DNA of 64,000 nucleotides, taken from contig CM121342.1 of the NCBI GenBank assembly GCA_051530055.1, positions 2,328,797 through 2,392,796 on the forward strand. Direction: 5' to 3'. The translations under genes and the position numbers were made by a program. Below, in pieces: positions 49,001-60,172 of this stretch; the first letter of the stretch is position 1; the number at the start of each line of letters is the position of its first letter. The notes beneath the pieces were generated by a model. It saw only the letters and a program-made list of their open reading frames with translations. It was not told where the DNA came from and did not search any database. This DNA is from Neoechinorhynchus agilis (taxonomy: Eukaryota > Animalia > Acanthocephala).

Positions 49001-49897
49001 AATCGAGTGAAGAAACGAACTGAGAATGAAAATTTCCATTAAGTTTCATCTCTTTGATTGATGAATTTATTGCCGAGAATGAACGTGAGAAGCAATTACT
49101 TAAATCCGTATAAAAAAGTAAAATCCAATTTCAAATAAACGCGATGTCGAATAGTCTTGTAAAATCTTTTCCTATAAAACAGAAACGACCTAATTTTTTC
49201 AGTAGGTATCAAATCAATTCGTTAGATGTAAATTGCTTTATAGATGGAATAGAAGAGCGTCGTTAATTTGCTTGATTATTTTTTTGCGAATATAGCTTTC
49301 ATTGGCATCTTTTAAAAAAATTTCAACGTTTTCAGCTTAGAGAACAATTGAAGTTTTTTGATCCGATGCTAAGTAGTGCTTTTAAAACAATAAATATAAT
49401 TTCACAATCTTGATGGACTTATAATAATAACACGCTTATTTCTTAATCGAAAAAGTAATAGGACCAATGTACTTTTGGGTCTTTATCAACACTCGATTTC
49501 TGATAGGTTAAATCAATGTTGATTATGGAGTGGATTACGGGTTCGGTTGGGTGAGAATTGGTGATTATTTCCGTGAGGTTGGCTCATTTCGGTTGATGGT
49601 ATGGAAAAATGTGGGGGGGGGGCGGAGGTTGGAGAGGATGAAATTAATTGGGTTTAGGATTGTTTTGCTGATGTGAAAAGGGAACGACTTTAGAATTACT
49701 GTTTAAAGGCACTGATGGTTCCTTCGCCGATGAAAAAGTGACGAATTATTCGTCGTTTCCCGTTGATTAACGGACAAGTTCTGCCTTCTACATTAAATTG
49801 AGATCTCCTGAAAGATGATCTCGTTTTAATAGAAATTGAAAGTCTAAATCAAAGTTAGTTGCGTTAAAGCATTCTATTATATTCCTCGTCGCTGGCA
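46070..49897. repeat. Left arm of a large inverted repeat (at least 3.83 kb)
   Basis: Reverse complement of 60173-64000. Coordinate sum is 110070 at both checked ends, with only scattered SNPs and 1-bp indels seen. Confidence 0.97.
48811..49023 (+). CDS. Small single-pass membrane protein in the left IR arm
   Basis: 70 aa with TM WIAFLLVSMALFVAYVLFLLSMALYC followed by KKQK and an acidic tail. The protein is identical in both arms. Confidence 0.45.
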   Translation: MATNNFYFVAYTFFVDIRRMNLAKWIAFLLVSMALFVAYVLFLLSMALYCKKQKLNNDISQDEQSSEETN

Positions 49898-50324
49898 ATC
49901 AAATACGATTATGTTTTAAGATCTAATAGTCAGCAACGGTCAGGATATCAAAAATGTACGAAATTATGGATTTATTGATTGCAGCAGTTTTTATAGTCTT
50001 GCACTAAAACGCAATCGAATTATTCGCGCTTCTATTAAAAGGGCTTACATGTTGGGCTGATTAAACCTTTATATTTTTTAAGGATCTTAGATTTGCCTCA
50101 CATAGATTTTTAGATAGCACAATGTTTTTAAACGATTTCTCACTATCATTAACTTCAATTGTTACTTTTTGAGTTAATTTGCCCGATCTTTGTGTTGGTG
50201 AACTTTGCGTAAACAAAAATATTCATGTTATTGCTAAGCAAAATTGTTCTGAAACTGATGAAGTTGTTTGAAATCATCGGCGGTATAAATTCGATGCTTA
50301 CACCGACGAACATCGCTGAGCTCA

Positions 50325-50882
50325 ATGAATACCTTTATCGTTTTTCTCTTTGTAACTTTACTTTCGACGGAATGCAGTTCGAAAAGTCTTAAATGCCTAA
50401 AGGGTAAATTAACCGGCGTGGACATGGATTTTGCAAACAAGGAGTTTAAATGCAAATCAATCGTCACTGAGATAATTCCATGCCCATCTTTTATTGAAAC
50501 GCCAGGAGATTCCACAGAGGATGGATCTTCGGAGGATACAACACTTTGCTCAACGGCGGCCACTGTAAACTCGGACAGCACTGCAGGCGCGGCGCCAAAT
50601 CCAACATCAGCAGATAGCACAACTCAGAGTATAGAAGAGACGACTACTTCTGCAGCGACAACTGTTGGAGCTACTACTTCTGGAGGTACTACTTCGGTAG
50701 CGACCACTTCTGGACCGACAGTTTCTTCAACAGGAACTACAAGCGGAGCAACCGACGAGGGATCGACAGTTGGGGCATCAGAAGGTGAAGGATCGACGGT
50801 TGGGGCATCAGAAGACGGAACCACAATGAGTGAAGCAATCACAACGGATGCAGAGGGAACAACCGCCCAACTACCACCTTGA
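50325..50882 (+). CDS. Secreted Ser/Thr/Gly-rich mucin-like protein
   Basis: Signal peptide, short Cys-containing segment, then long T/S-rich repeats (EGSTVGAS twice). The 3' end may be spliced. Confidence 0.7.
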   Translation: MNTFIVFLFVTLLSTECSSKSLKCLKGKLTGVDMDFANKEFKCKSIVTEIIPCPSFIETPGDSTEDGSSEDTTLCSTAATVNSDSTAGAAPNPTSADSTTQSIEETTTSAATTVGATTSGGTTSVATTSGPTVSSTGTTSGATDEGSTVGASEGEGSTVGASEDGTTMSEAITTDAEGTTAQLPP

Positions 50883-51704
50883 GCAATAAGCGAAGGTTTA
50901 TAGTTAGAATATCCAGTTGGACATTACCAGCTTGGTATATTAATAGAACGGCATGATTTAGTTGTGTGTTGGGCGAGGGATAAATAATGCAAGTATCTGC
51001 CATTATTTTTAGTGTAAGAGAAATGCAACCTTCTTAAAAAATTTGTACGACGAATTTTTCGTTCGGTCCGTTAAAATCGATTGTTGGTGTCGCAGTTCGT
51101 TATAGAAAAATTGGATGCGGTGATTTGATTTATTTGGTAAAAACTCCTTGAACAAAAGTACTCCTTACGATACGACTTCAGTGATTTTAGATCATTAACA
51201 TTGTGTGTTGTAACAAATTTTGCATGAATTTTTAGATAGAATTGAATAAATGACTCTAATTCAATCAGTCGAAATATTCATTCGTCTTTAACGTGATCCC
51301 TCCTCTCAAGTTTTTGACAATACAACCTTATTTCAGTCAATCTGAACTTTAGATGGCCAAGAAAGATCGTCCTAACAAAAGAGCGCTTGTATAATGAATT
51401 GTTCACATTTGTTTATTGCGTAAAAATTAAAAGAATTTATTAAATTCGATATTTCGCCACAATCTTAAAGAGTGAATCCATTAACGTTGTTTAAAATACG
51501 CAGAAGAATCATTTGAAAGTAAGATCTAATTTTTGTAGGCAATATATTCGATGACGAAGATTTTGATGAATGTGATCGGGGCTCATTTCGTACTTTTAAT
51601 ATTTTTATTATTTTTAGCAGTGTGAGCTACGCGAATTTTCGATTTTCCATAAAGGTTCGAAAAAGTCAGTTAAAAATCAGCGATCGTCAGCAATCCTTTA
51701 AGAG

Positions 51705-52837
51705 ATGGTATGTCTTTTTTATCTTTTCCTCAACGATATCACAATTGTTTTCGCAGGCTCGAAATTCGGAAAAAGCGATGTGGGTTTAATTTTTTATTTT
51801 TCCTTCAGTTGATTCCTTTTAGGACCGCACTTGCTCGATGGCGCCAATTGCAGCTAAAACTTCAAGGAAAACTAAAAGACGTGAGCTTTATGATTAATTT
51901 TTTCATTTACACAAATTTAGGACCGAAGACCCTTTTCGGCCGCTGAAGAGTTCAATGTTCGCCGAGCTGAACACTGGCGTCGAGATGTTATTCGCGAGAT
52001 TGCTAGAAAGGTCACTCAGATCCAAAATGCTGGTTTGGGTGAATATAAAATCAGAGACCTAAATGACGACATCAATCGATTATTGAAGGAAAAGGAACAC
52101 TGGGAAAAGCGAATTCTTCAACTCGGTGGACCCGACTACAAGGTTTTTTGTCGGGTAAAAAGACTTCATTTTAGATTTGATTTTAGAAAATAGGTCCGAA
52201 GATGTTGGATAAGGACGGAAAGGAGGTTAAAGGCAATCGTGGATACAAGTTTGTTCAAACTTTCCGTCACAAAATACGTAATTAGTTAGGTATTTCGGTG
52301 CTGCCAAAGATCTTCCTGGAGTCCGAGAATTATTTGATCAAGAACGTTAGTGTTTCTATCTATTTATACAAGGTCAAAAATTCAGTAATATAGCACCTCC
52401 CCACCCAGTAGAACTCGCGGTGAACTCATGAAACTCATTGATCCGGAATATTTTGGATATTTGGACGAAGACGATGATTTTCTTGTCGAAGAGGAACGGC
52501 AATGTGAGATTGCGGCCTTAAAGAAGAAAGTTGAAGAGTTTGAGAAAAGATCAGCGAATGATCAACCGTATTTGGCAATGGATTCCGCTGCTAAGTGCTT
52601 TAAAGCCAAAGATGCTGACAGTATCCAAGAATCTTTTTTAAATATTCCATCCCAAGATGAAGTAAGTCGAGTATTTCGCTATGGATTTAATGTTCTGCGT
52701 TGATTTAGGTGGAACGATTATTGGTTTCTATGCGGAAACAACAACTAATGGAGAAGTATGTGAGCGAAGAATTAACTGAGAAGGAATTCGAACCAAAAGA
52801 TTTGTTAGGAAGGCGGAAACAACAAGTGAAATATTAA
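51705..52837 (+). CDS. ISY1: Pre-mRNA splicing factor ISY1 (multi-exon)
   Basis: M|ARNSEKAM|TALARW, QIQNAGLGEYKIRDLNDDIN, GGPDY, YFGAAKDLPGVRELF and RGELMKLIDPEYFGYLDEDD. Confidence 0.95.
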
Positions 52838-52939
52838 ATTGCGTAGATTTTGTTCTTTGTTAAAGCATTGTGATAAAGAATTATTTCGCGAAAATATGTA
52901 TCAACGTTTACCCCATTGGTTATCATCTACCAATTCGGT

Positions 52940-53095
52940 TTTATTTCAAAAACGATCTCTAGTTTTGAATTATTGGGTTCATCATCAGTTTGTTGTTCGC
53001 AGAACGTCTTTAATAAATAATCATTCACTGTTTGTGAAGACTTTTGTAAACAATAATTCCAATCATATACCCCGGTACCTCACATACCGACGATC
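52940..53095. repeat. Decayed copy of the hammerhead-associated repeat, with the same back-to-back layout as 19.7-19.9 kb
   Basis: GGGTTCATCATCAGTTTGTT (antisense core), then AACGTCTTTAATAAATAATCATT..CAATAATTCCAATCA..CCCCGGTACCTCACATA. Confidence 0.75.
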
Positions 53096-54270
53096 TCGAT
53101 TTTATTTATCCATCGTGACCAATAGACCTAAATCCTTTGCGCTACCTAATTTTTAAACATTTAATTGGAAATTCCATGGAAGTATAGTGTAGATCGTAAG
53201 TGAAGGTAATTAGTTTTAATTCTAATACTTACATTTACTAGTCTCGGCGTTCTTGATTTTCTTGATTAACAATCGTCACATTCTCTTTTTCGTTAATTTT
53301 CTCCAGGCTAATAACTACATCCGCCATTACTTTATTGTACATTTTTTAGTCATTAGCATTTTAAAAAGTCGCTAATAAAGGAATACTGCGAGTTACTCAC
53401 ACATTTCGGATAAAATTGTCAAAAAACTCTCAATTTTATCGCATTTTTTATTCATTCCATATCTCAAAAGTCAACAATTTGAATTCTTAAATTCCTCTTC
53501 AAACTTAAATACTAGTGTCAAAGCAAGTGTTAATTTTTTGAAGATTGAAATGTTCATGTTTTTTATGGCAAAAAATTGAAAGAATTTATTAAGCCTTTCA
53601 AATTTTCCGCCATATAAAAACAAGTGGTAATCTCACGGCTATTGTACAAGTCGCGAACGCACAATCGCTCTAAGATTTTTGAAGTCCCTTTTTATATCTC
53701 CTAATAATTAAACATCAAAAACGATGAAGGTTACTGTCGAAAATATGCCATTCTAAAAAATTATACAATATTCTTTTAAAGCATACTGCGTTCTAGCAAA
53801 TATTTTCCGGGAGTGAAAATTTAAATTTCGTCAATACGGATAATTTTATGATCTTAAATGAAAATTAAGCTGATTTCGCTTCGAAAGGTCGGCAAATTGG
53901 ATTTTGACATATGTAAATCAAAACAGTTAGTGTTTATTAACTCTTTTCTACACTCTCTGAAGCTCTAGGATAATATTTCACTTTAACCTGCTCTTATTGA
54001 ACCTAAAATGAGAACGATCAAGTAAAAAGTGTAGTCAGTAACGTAGATTTTTTTAAATAAGTTTTTAATTTGCATGTTTTTCATGATGATTTCTTTGGGC
54101 GGGTTCCGCAGCAATCATCACTCATCCACAAGGTCATTTCTCAAATTAAATCTTATTTATCCTCGATAGGAAATCCTTCGGGAACCTATTTGATTTTGAT
54201 TTATTGGAAATATTTCGCGAGGTAAACCTTAACTCATCTAAGAGTATCAATCGCTGAACAACATATAACC

Positions 54271-55620
54271 ATGAACCACTTACGGAGGCTTGAAGAATTA
54301 AGACCAAGAACATTCGAAGAGCGCGGGTACTTTGTGAATAGATCAAAACACACCTTTTCCCCAAGGGAACTGCATTTGCTGAACAAGGGACCGGACTATA
54401 TTATGAAGCATCAGATTCGATCTACCAAAATACGATGTGATACAGAGCTTCTTATAAACTCACATCCAGAGCTGATTAGTTCAATAGTGGCCTACGACAG
54501 GAAAGCTCGTAGTCGTAACGTTCGCAACGATAATGGTGAGATGGTAATTGCGAAGTCTCTGAAGGAAGTGCCATCAATAGTGATTTGCAAATCCGACAAA
54601 GGACGTGCTTTCGTAGCTGTGGACATGGAAAGTTATCAGAACGAGGCTTTGGATCTTCGGACAAATTTGAGAGACTGGCTTGAGATCCCACGAGAAGCAC
54701 AGAAACTAGATTTAACGGTTTTCTCAGGAATTTGTTGAACCGGTCTGTGATTAGTCCTCAATTTTACAACATGAAGCGATCATCATCGGCTAAATGTGCG
54801 TTTCTCTATCTCCTCCCGAAGATACACAACCCATCCTGCAGTACCGTCCGATTATAGCCAATTATATCTTTCAATCATCGCCTATCCAAAAGGATGAATG
54901 CTTTATTATGATTGATTTTAAGCACATTTTCCTTGCACATCAAAGATGGACCCACGTTTGCGATTGAGATCAGGAAAATTAACGTTAAGCTCTACAGAAT
55001 GTTTATGGCCCGTGGTGAATGCTCTGTTCACCAACGTCCCGTCGACTAAAACGATCGAATTATCGGCTATGTTACTATCGAAGAATTGTAGTGAACCACG
55101 TTTGGACCTTGGTACGTGGCAGTCCCTAATTCAATGATGCACGAGTATGACTGCCTTTGAATTTTGAGGGTGCTTTGTACGATCAAAAAGATGGTGTAGC
55201 CATGGGATCGCCATTAGCCCCGACCTCGGCCGACATCTACATGCGGGATTGGGAGTCCACTTTCTTGGAGCTTCATAGTTATGTAAATAGTTGGCGGCGT
55301 TATGTGGACGATGTATTCATTCTGACTGATTCAAACAACAACAGAGATTCTCCAAATGCTGAACTTAACACTCAAGATCTTTACATCCAGTGGACAGTCA
55401 ATGAAGAGAACATCAACGGTGAGGTTTCGTTTCTGGACGTCCTTGTCAAGCATCTGCACAAGGCAAAGTTACTACTTCACTTTATCGCAAGGAGAATCTA
55501 CCATGGGGACCACCACAATGGTCAAGTCACCAACCGATGAGGTATAAAAACTCGGCTGTCATGTCCTATTTACGAAGAGTTTTTCTTATTTCCTCTACTC
55601 GATTTGCATGGATTAGGGAA
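54271..55620 (+). mobile_element. Degenerate Penelope-like element RT region, 3'-truncated
   Basis: LLNKGPDY, ICKSDKG, YLLPKIH..RPII, ALFTNVP, QKDGVAMGSPLAP, WRRYVDDVF and SFLDVLV. No downstream GIY-YIG domain. Confidence 0.92.
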
Positions 55621-55818
55621 AAATTATACAAATCCTATTTGAGGTTCTTTAGTAGAGTAAGTGTATCAATGCAAAATGAACTAAAATAAAAAATCAAAGT
55701 TTATTTTATTCTGCCTAATATCACTTCTTGTCTCTCAATTCGAAGAATGTTACCCAAGTACTGTTCAGTCTATATATTTCAAAGGAATTTGCATAATCTT
55801 TCGTCACTATGTTTTTTT

Positions 55819-55998
55819 ATTGTACGTTGGCGAATCCTGTCCCCGGTGTTGTCGTTACTCATTTATTTATTTATTATAGAAAGCTGTTAATGTCATCTCC
55901 ATTTTAGAGACAGAAGAGGCAAGGAAAACCTTGCGAAATATTTCTCAAATAAATAAATGAGTAACGACAACACCGGGGACAGGGCTCCAACGTACAAT
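55819..55998. repeat. Short inverted repeat (~55-bp arms, ~70-bp spacer)
   Basis: ATTGTACGTTGG..CCTGTCCCCGGTGTTGTCGTTACTCATTTATTTATT and its reverse complement. Confidence 0.9.
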
Positions 55999-56289
55999 CA
56001 AATTCAACCCGAGGACAATGATATATGACACTATGTTTTTTACTTTGTTTTATTTTATAACAAACACTAATTGGCATTTCTTCTTTTTTGATTGGAACCC
56101 ACTTTATGCTCTTTACATCCAGGTTTTGCAAAAGATTCTAATGGATTTGTTTACAAAAGTATAAATATTAGGTAAAAATGACACTTTTTCGTTCTTAAAG
56201 TTCAGGGTATTTTTAAGTTATAAAACTTAATTTTTTAAACACAAACAAATTATTACATGAATTCTCGCATTCTCATCACTCTGCAAGTT

Positions 56290-57360
56290 GCATCATTATC
56301 CGTCGATACCGTCTTGGGAGATCGTTAAAATCCGCAAAATTGTCCCGTCTACGGCCCTCCTCAATCTCCGTTTGAGATGGTGGCGGTGGCGCCTGATAAC
56401 GTCTTACGCGGGTAATTGTTATTCTTAGGTTTTAAAAGTAAAGAATAACGATTCAAAATGTATACATTTACCTTTGTCTGATTGTTCTTTGTCGTGGATA
56501 AGGGATCTCAGCTTCAATTTGAAGATAAATAGCAACCACTGCTGCCAATGCAGCGAACGATGACACAGAAAGGCTTACTGCAAGCGAGAAACTGCGGATT
56601 GAGATCCGTCTTTCCGTGTAAATAAACACCGGCAGTAACGTAATTTGAGGAAATACTAAACGATGAATACTTTTTGAAGAAAAGAAAAATCGAACCTGAT
56701 AATGTTATAAAGATGAGTGATAATTCAGTGGCCACCCTCATTAGACTCTTTGATCGGTTTGCGTTGTAGTAATTTCGAGAAAATAATACGCTGGCTATTG
56801 CGACTCCAATGATTGGTTTATCTGTACGATAAAGATTTACGCGTCTAATTGAAATTAAATTACATTACAGTCAAATGTTCGAAATGATTTTGGAGGATCT
56901 GAGTAGATGGTTATTGATATAAAAATAATAATCACGGCCAATGCGGCTATCAAATATTTTAACCAATTATTCAGTGCCTGAGTCTGCATTTTCGTAATGT
57001 TTCTCACTAGTTTCTTATTTTATGTTTTTGAAGTAAAAATCTGAGGTATAGCGAAGAAACAGAATAAGGGGGTTCCGTATTGTTACGCCCAGATTTTGCA
57101 AACACATAAAAAATAGCTGCATTTTTATTGGTTGAATTTTGTGCTCGCGCGTGTGTAAAACCGGCGAAGATAGAAAAGGCACTAAAATTATCTTGAAACG
57201 GACCAATTAGAGCGAAGAGGAGTAAAAACCAAATGGAAAAAATTGAAAATAAAACGACTCTTAAAAAAATAATCATGTCATTCGAAAATATTAAATAACT
57301 TTCCAATTCGCCGCAGTATAAGATATTTCTTGAGCGCAGTAAAGTATGAAAGACCTTCAT
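56290..57360 (-). CDS. Possible multi-exon membrane protein, unresolved
   Basis: Hydrophobic frames (FLRVVLFSIFSIWFLLLFALIG; SFSLAVSLSVSSFAALAAVVAIYL) and exon-like segments with GT-AG ends. No family recognised. Confidence 0.3.
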
Positions 57361-60172
57361 TATGAGATTGTGACCTTAATGACCATTTAAAGTCTTAATC
57401 AAATGCATCCTTAATTAGACACGTGTTGATATATGATCATAAAAATTTTGCAATAATCTAAAAAAATTATTCATGCCACATTAAACAATGTAGAACCAGC
57501 GTTCAGTATTCGTATTTTTTGTGTATTAACGATTTCCGATTATTAATATATATGCAAGATGATTAAGTTGCTGATATTTCTACAGTCGACAATTATCTGG
57601 ATAGATAACGATAGACAAAAAATCAGAGTCCGATATATATTTTAGCGTCTTTATGCGTGGCTCAGCCAGTTGCTTTTTCCATCGAGAAGTATATAATGGT
57701 TTTTACCATACACGGCAAAATTATGATGGACACACAGTTCACCGATCCGGCTTAGGAAAGCGCTGGTCTGCGTTCAATGCCCATGAGTATAAAGTTATAA
57801 GTTTGTAAGAATCCCTCCGGACTCTCAGATGCTTCCCCGAGGATACGGGACTCATCACTTCATTCAGCGGCTAAAGTTGTCAAATATATCATCGATTTTT
57901 TAATGAACAAATAAAGTCCATTCAAAAACAATTTTATATACATGAAAACCCAAGATGAACATCGAATAAAACGCACCGATGAACCCAAAAATATCAAGGA
58001 ACTCTCAGTTTTCAACAATTTTCGACTAGAATTCCTCCTTTTTCGAAAATTTACTGGAATGAAAACGGCAACGCTTTCCAAGCAGTTCTGTTTTTTGGAG
58101 GCGTCAATGAGTATACGATGACTAGTATGTTTCTCCGAATTTAAAAAGAACTGCTATAGCAATGAGATCTGTTTCGAACAACCTTAAACTGCAAAAATGG
58201 TCGACGTTTTATCGTTGATATTTACGCCAAATTTACTTCTATGCCGAATAATTGGTGCTGCGATAGCCATCTTCATGCAAACAGTGACATTGTTTAAGAA
58301 TATCTTTAAAATATCAATTTATGCGCCGATCAGGGCGTATGAACTTGAACTACAATCGTAATACCCTAAATTCTGTGTGTATGTGGTTGTGATTCTGTGG
58401 ATTACAATACATTATTAAATCGTTCAAATTTTGGCGCGAAGAAGAGTTTCGATTAAAAAGTGCTTGCAAGTTTGTGAAAAATACACCTCAGTGCTCACAT
58501 CCTTTCAGAATTTATAAACTTTGCTTTATTGAGATTCGATAAAAAGAACTCAGTCAAGTTTTTCATGGGAATAAACAACAATTATCGAACCGGTTCTTTA
58601 GGCAAATGCTCAAGATAACGATTTATTACAATCTATAAAGACTAATGAATATTGGGGAAATGTGAAACTAACAATTTGAATTGATAATGACTGAATCAAT
58701 GAGTGGGAACACCTTAACGATCGCTCTCGGGTATAGTGGACGGACCAAAATATTAACAAACTTTACTTGTTAACAAAATAGATTATTATTTTCACTTAAT
58801 CGATTGCAAGTATCTCCTTCACGTCGCGAAACATGTAAGCTTTAATTTTATGAAGTTTCTTTGCAATAAACTTTATATATGCCAGAAACTATAGCACAAA
58901 TATCCTACTTAGGATTTAAGTTGCCGAACCGATGGTCAACCATGCGCGCGAAACTTACCGTTGCAACGAATGGTGGCAAGCGGCCGGCTATTAATACATT
59001 TTTATTTATTTTAAATCGCATACACTCAATTTAATACATTGAACACACCAATATCTGCTGATAAGAAGGAGTTATAGATCCCAATGCAATCCAATATTAT
59101 TTAATCAAAAATCATGAATCCCCATACTTGGAACTCCATTTTAAAAAATAACCTAGTCCAATAACGATAAAATCCAAACGTCCATCCAATCATTTCGATT
59201 TGATGATGATGGCGATAGTCAAGTAAAGTGTCATCTTCGATTATATATGTCGTTATTGAAGACGACAAAACATTTGTCAAGTGTAATAGACGAACGAACC
59301 ACGGTTTGTTCTAAATTGGATTCATGGTTTAATAAGAAAGAGTAGCTGTAAAGGCGGGCGTTTAGGAGTTCCTAGATTGCACTGAGATTTACTGCGTGGC
59401 GATATTGCTTTGATGTAGGAAACTCAGTTCACAATCTCAGTCTTTTAATAACCGATAAGGTAATCTCCGTATACCCACCATTACTGAATCACTCACAAGA
59501 TATACTTTCCATTTTCAAAGGTCATCTTTAGCCTAAATGAATTTTCGAAGTTGTTTCGTCTTATATGACCTATGTAATTTTTTCAATCTGTCTAGTTGGA
59601 AATAAGACTGACGGGTGCCAAACACAAAATTTATTTTGAGGAATCTCACTACTCTGGGTTGAATGTACTAGTTGATGACTTTAACGATCCATCGAATCAG
59701 CGGACCAATGAAATCATTCGCGCAACTGATTCATATGCATTCATCGAATCCCTCATACAACACCATTCCGAAGGTTGTCCTGCGTCCCTAGATGCGGTTA
59801 ATTGCATGCCGATTTTTCATAAAAGATTTGATTTAAAATCGTCGTACATCGCTAATTTTTGGCTTTCTAAAAACTTCGATTTTGATAGGTTGTAAAGGAG
59901 TAAGATAAGGATTTCCTAAATGGAGGAGGCGTTTGAGGAAGGAAAATTTTAAAGGCATTGCCTTTGAGGGAAAGTACAAACGAATTTCTCAGGATCCCTC
60001 TCGGGTAGCGATTAAGTAAAGTGGATAGACTTATAATTCATCCGGGTACGATAATTCAATGTAGCTACTACTGAATCTTTGTGTTCGCTTTCTCGAATAA
60101 ATCTTATTCTTCCAATAAATATTATTTGCAATTAATATAAACCGATTGTTCCATTGTCTAGTTTGAGTGAAC

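Noticed and set aside
50250-50280. CTGATGAAGTTGTTTGAAATCATC as a hammerhead
   Set aside because: No credible stem II and no family tail sequence.
59596-59895. 99-aa ORF
   Set aside because: Non-ATG start with no motif or splice support.
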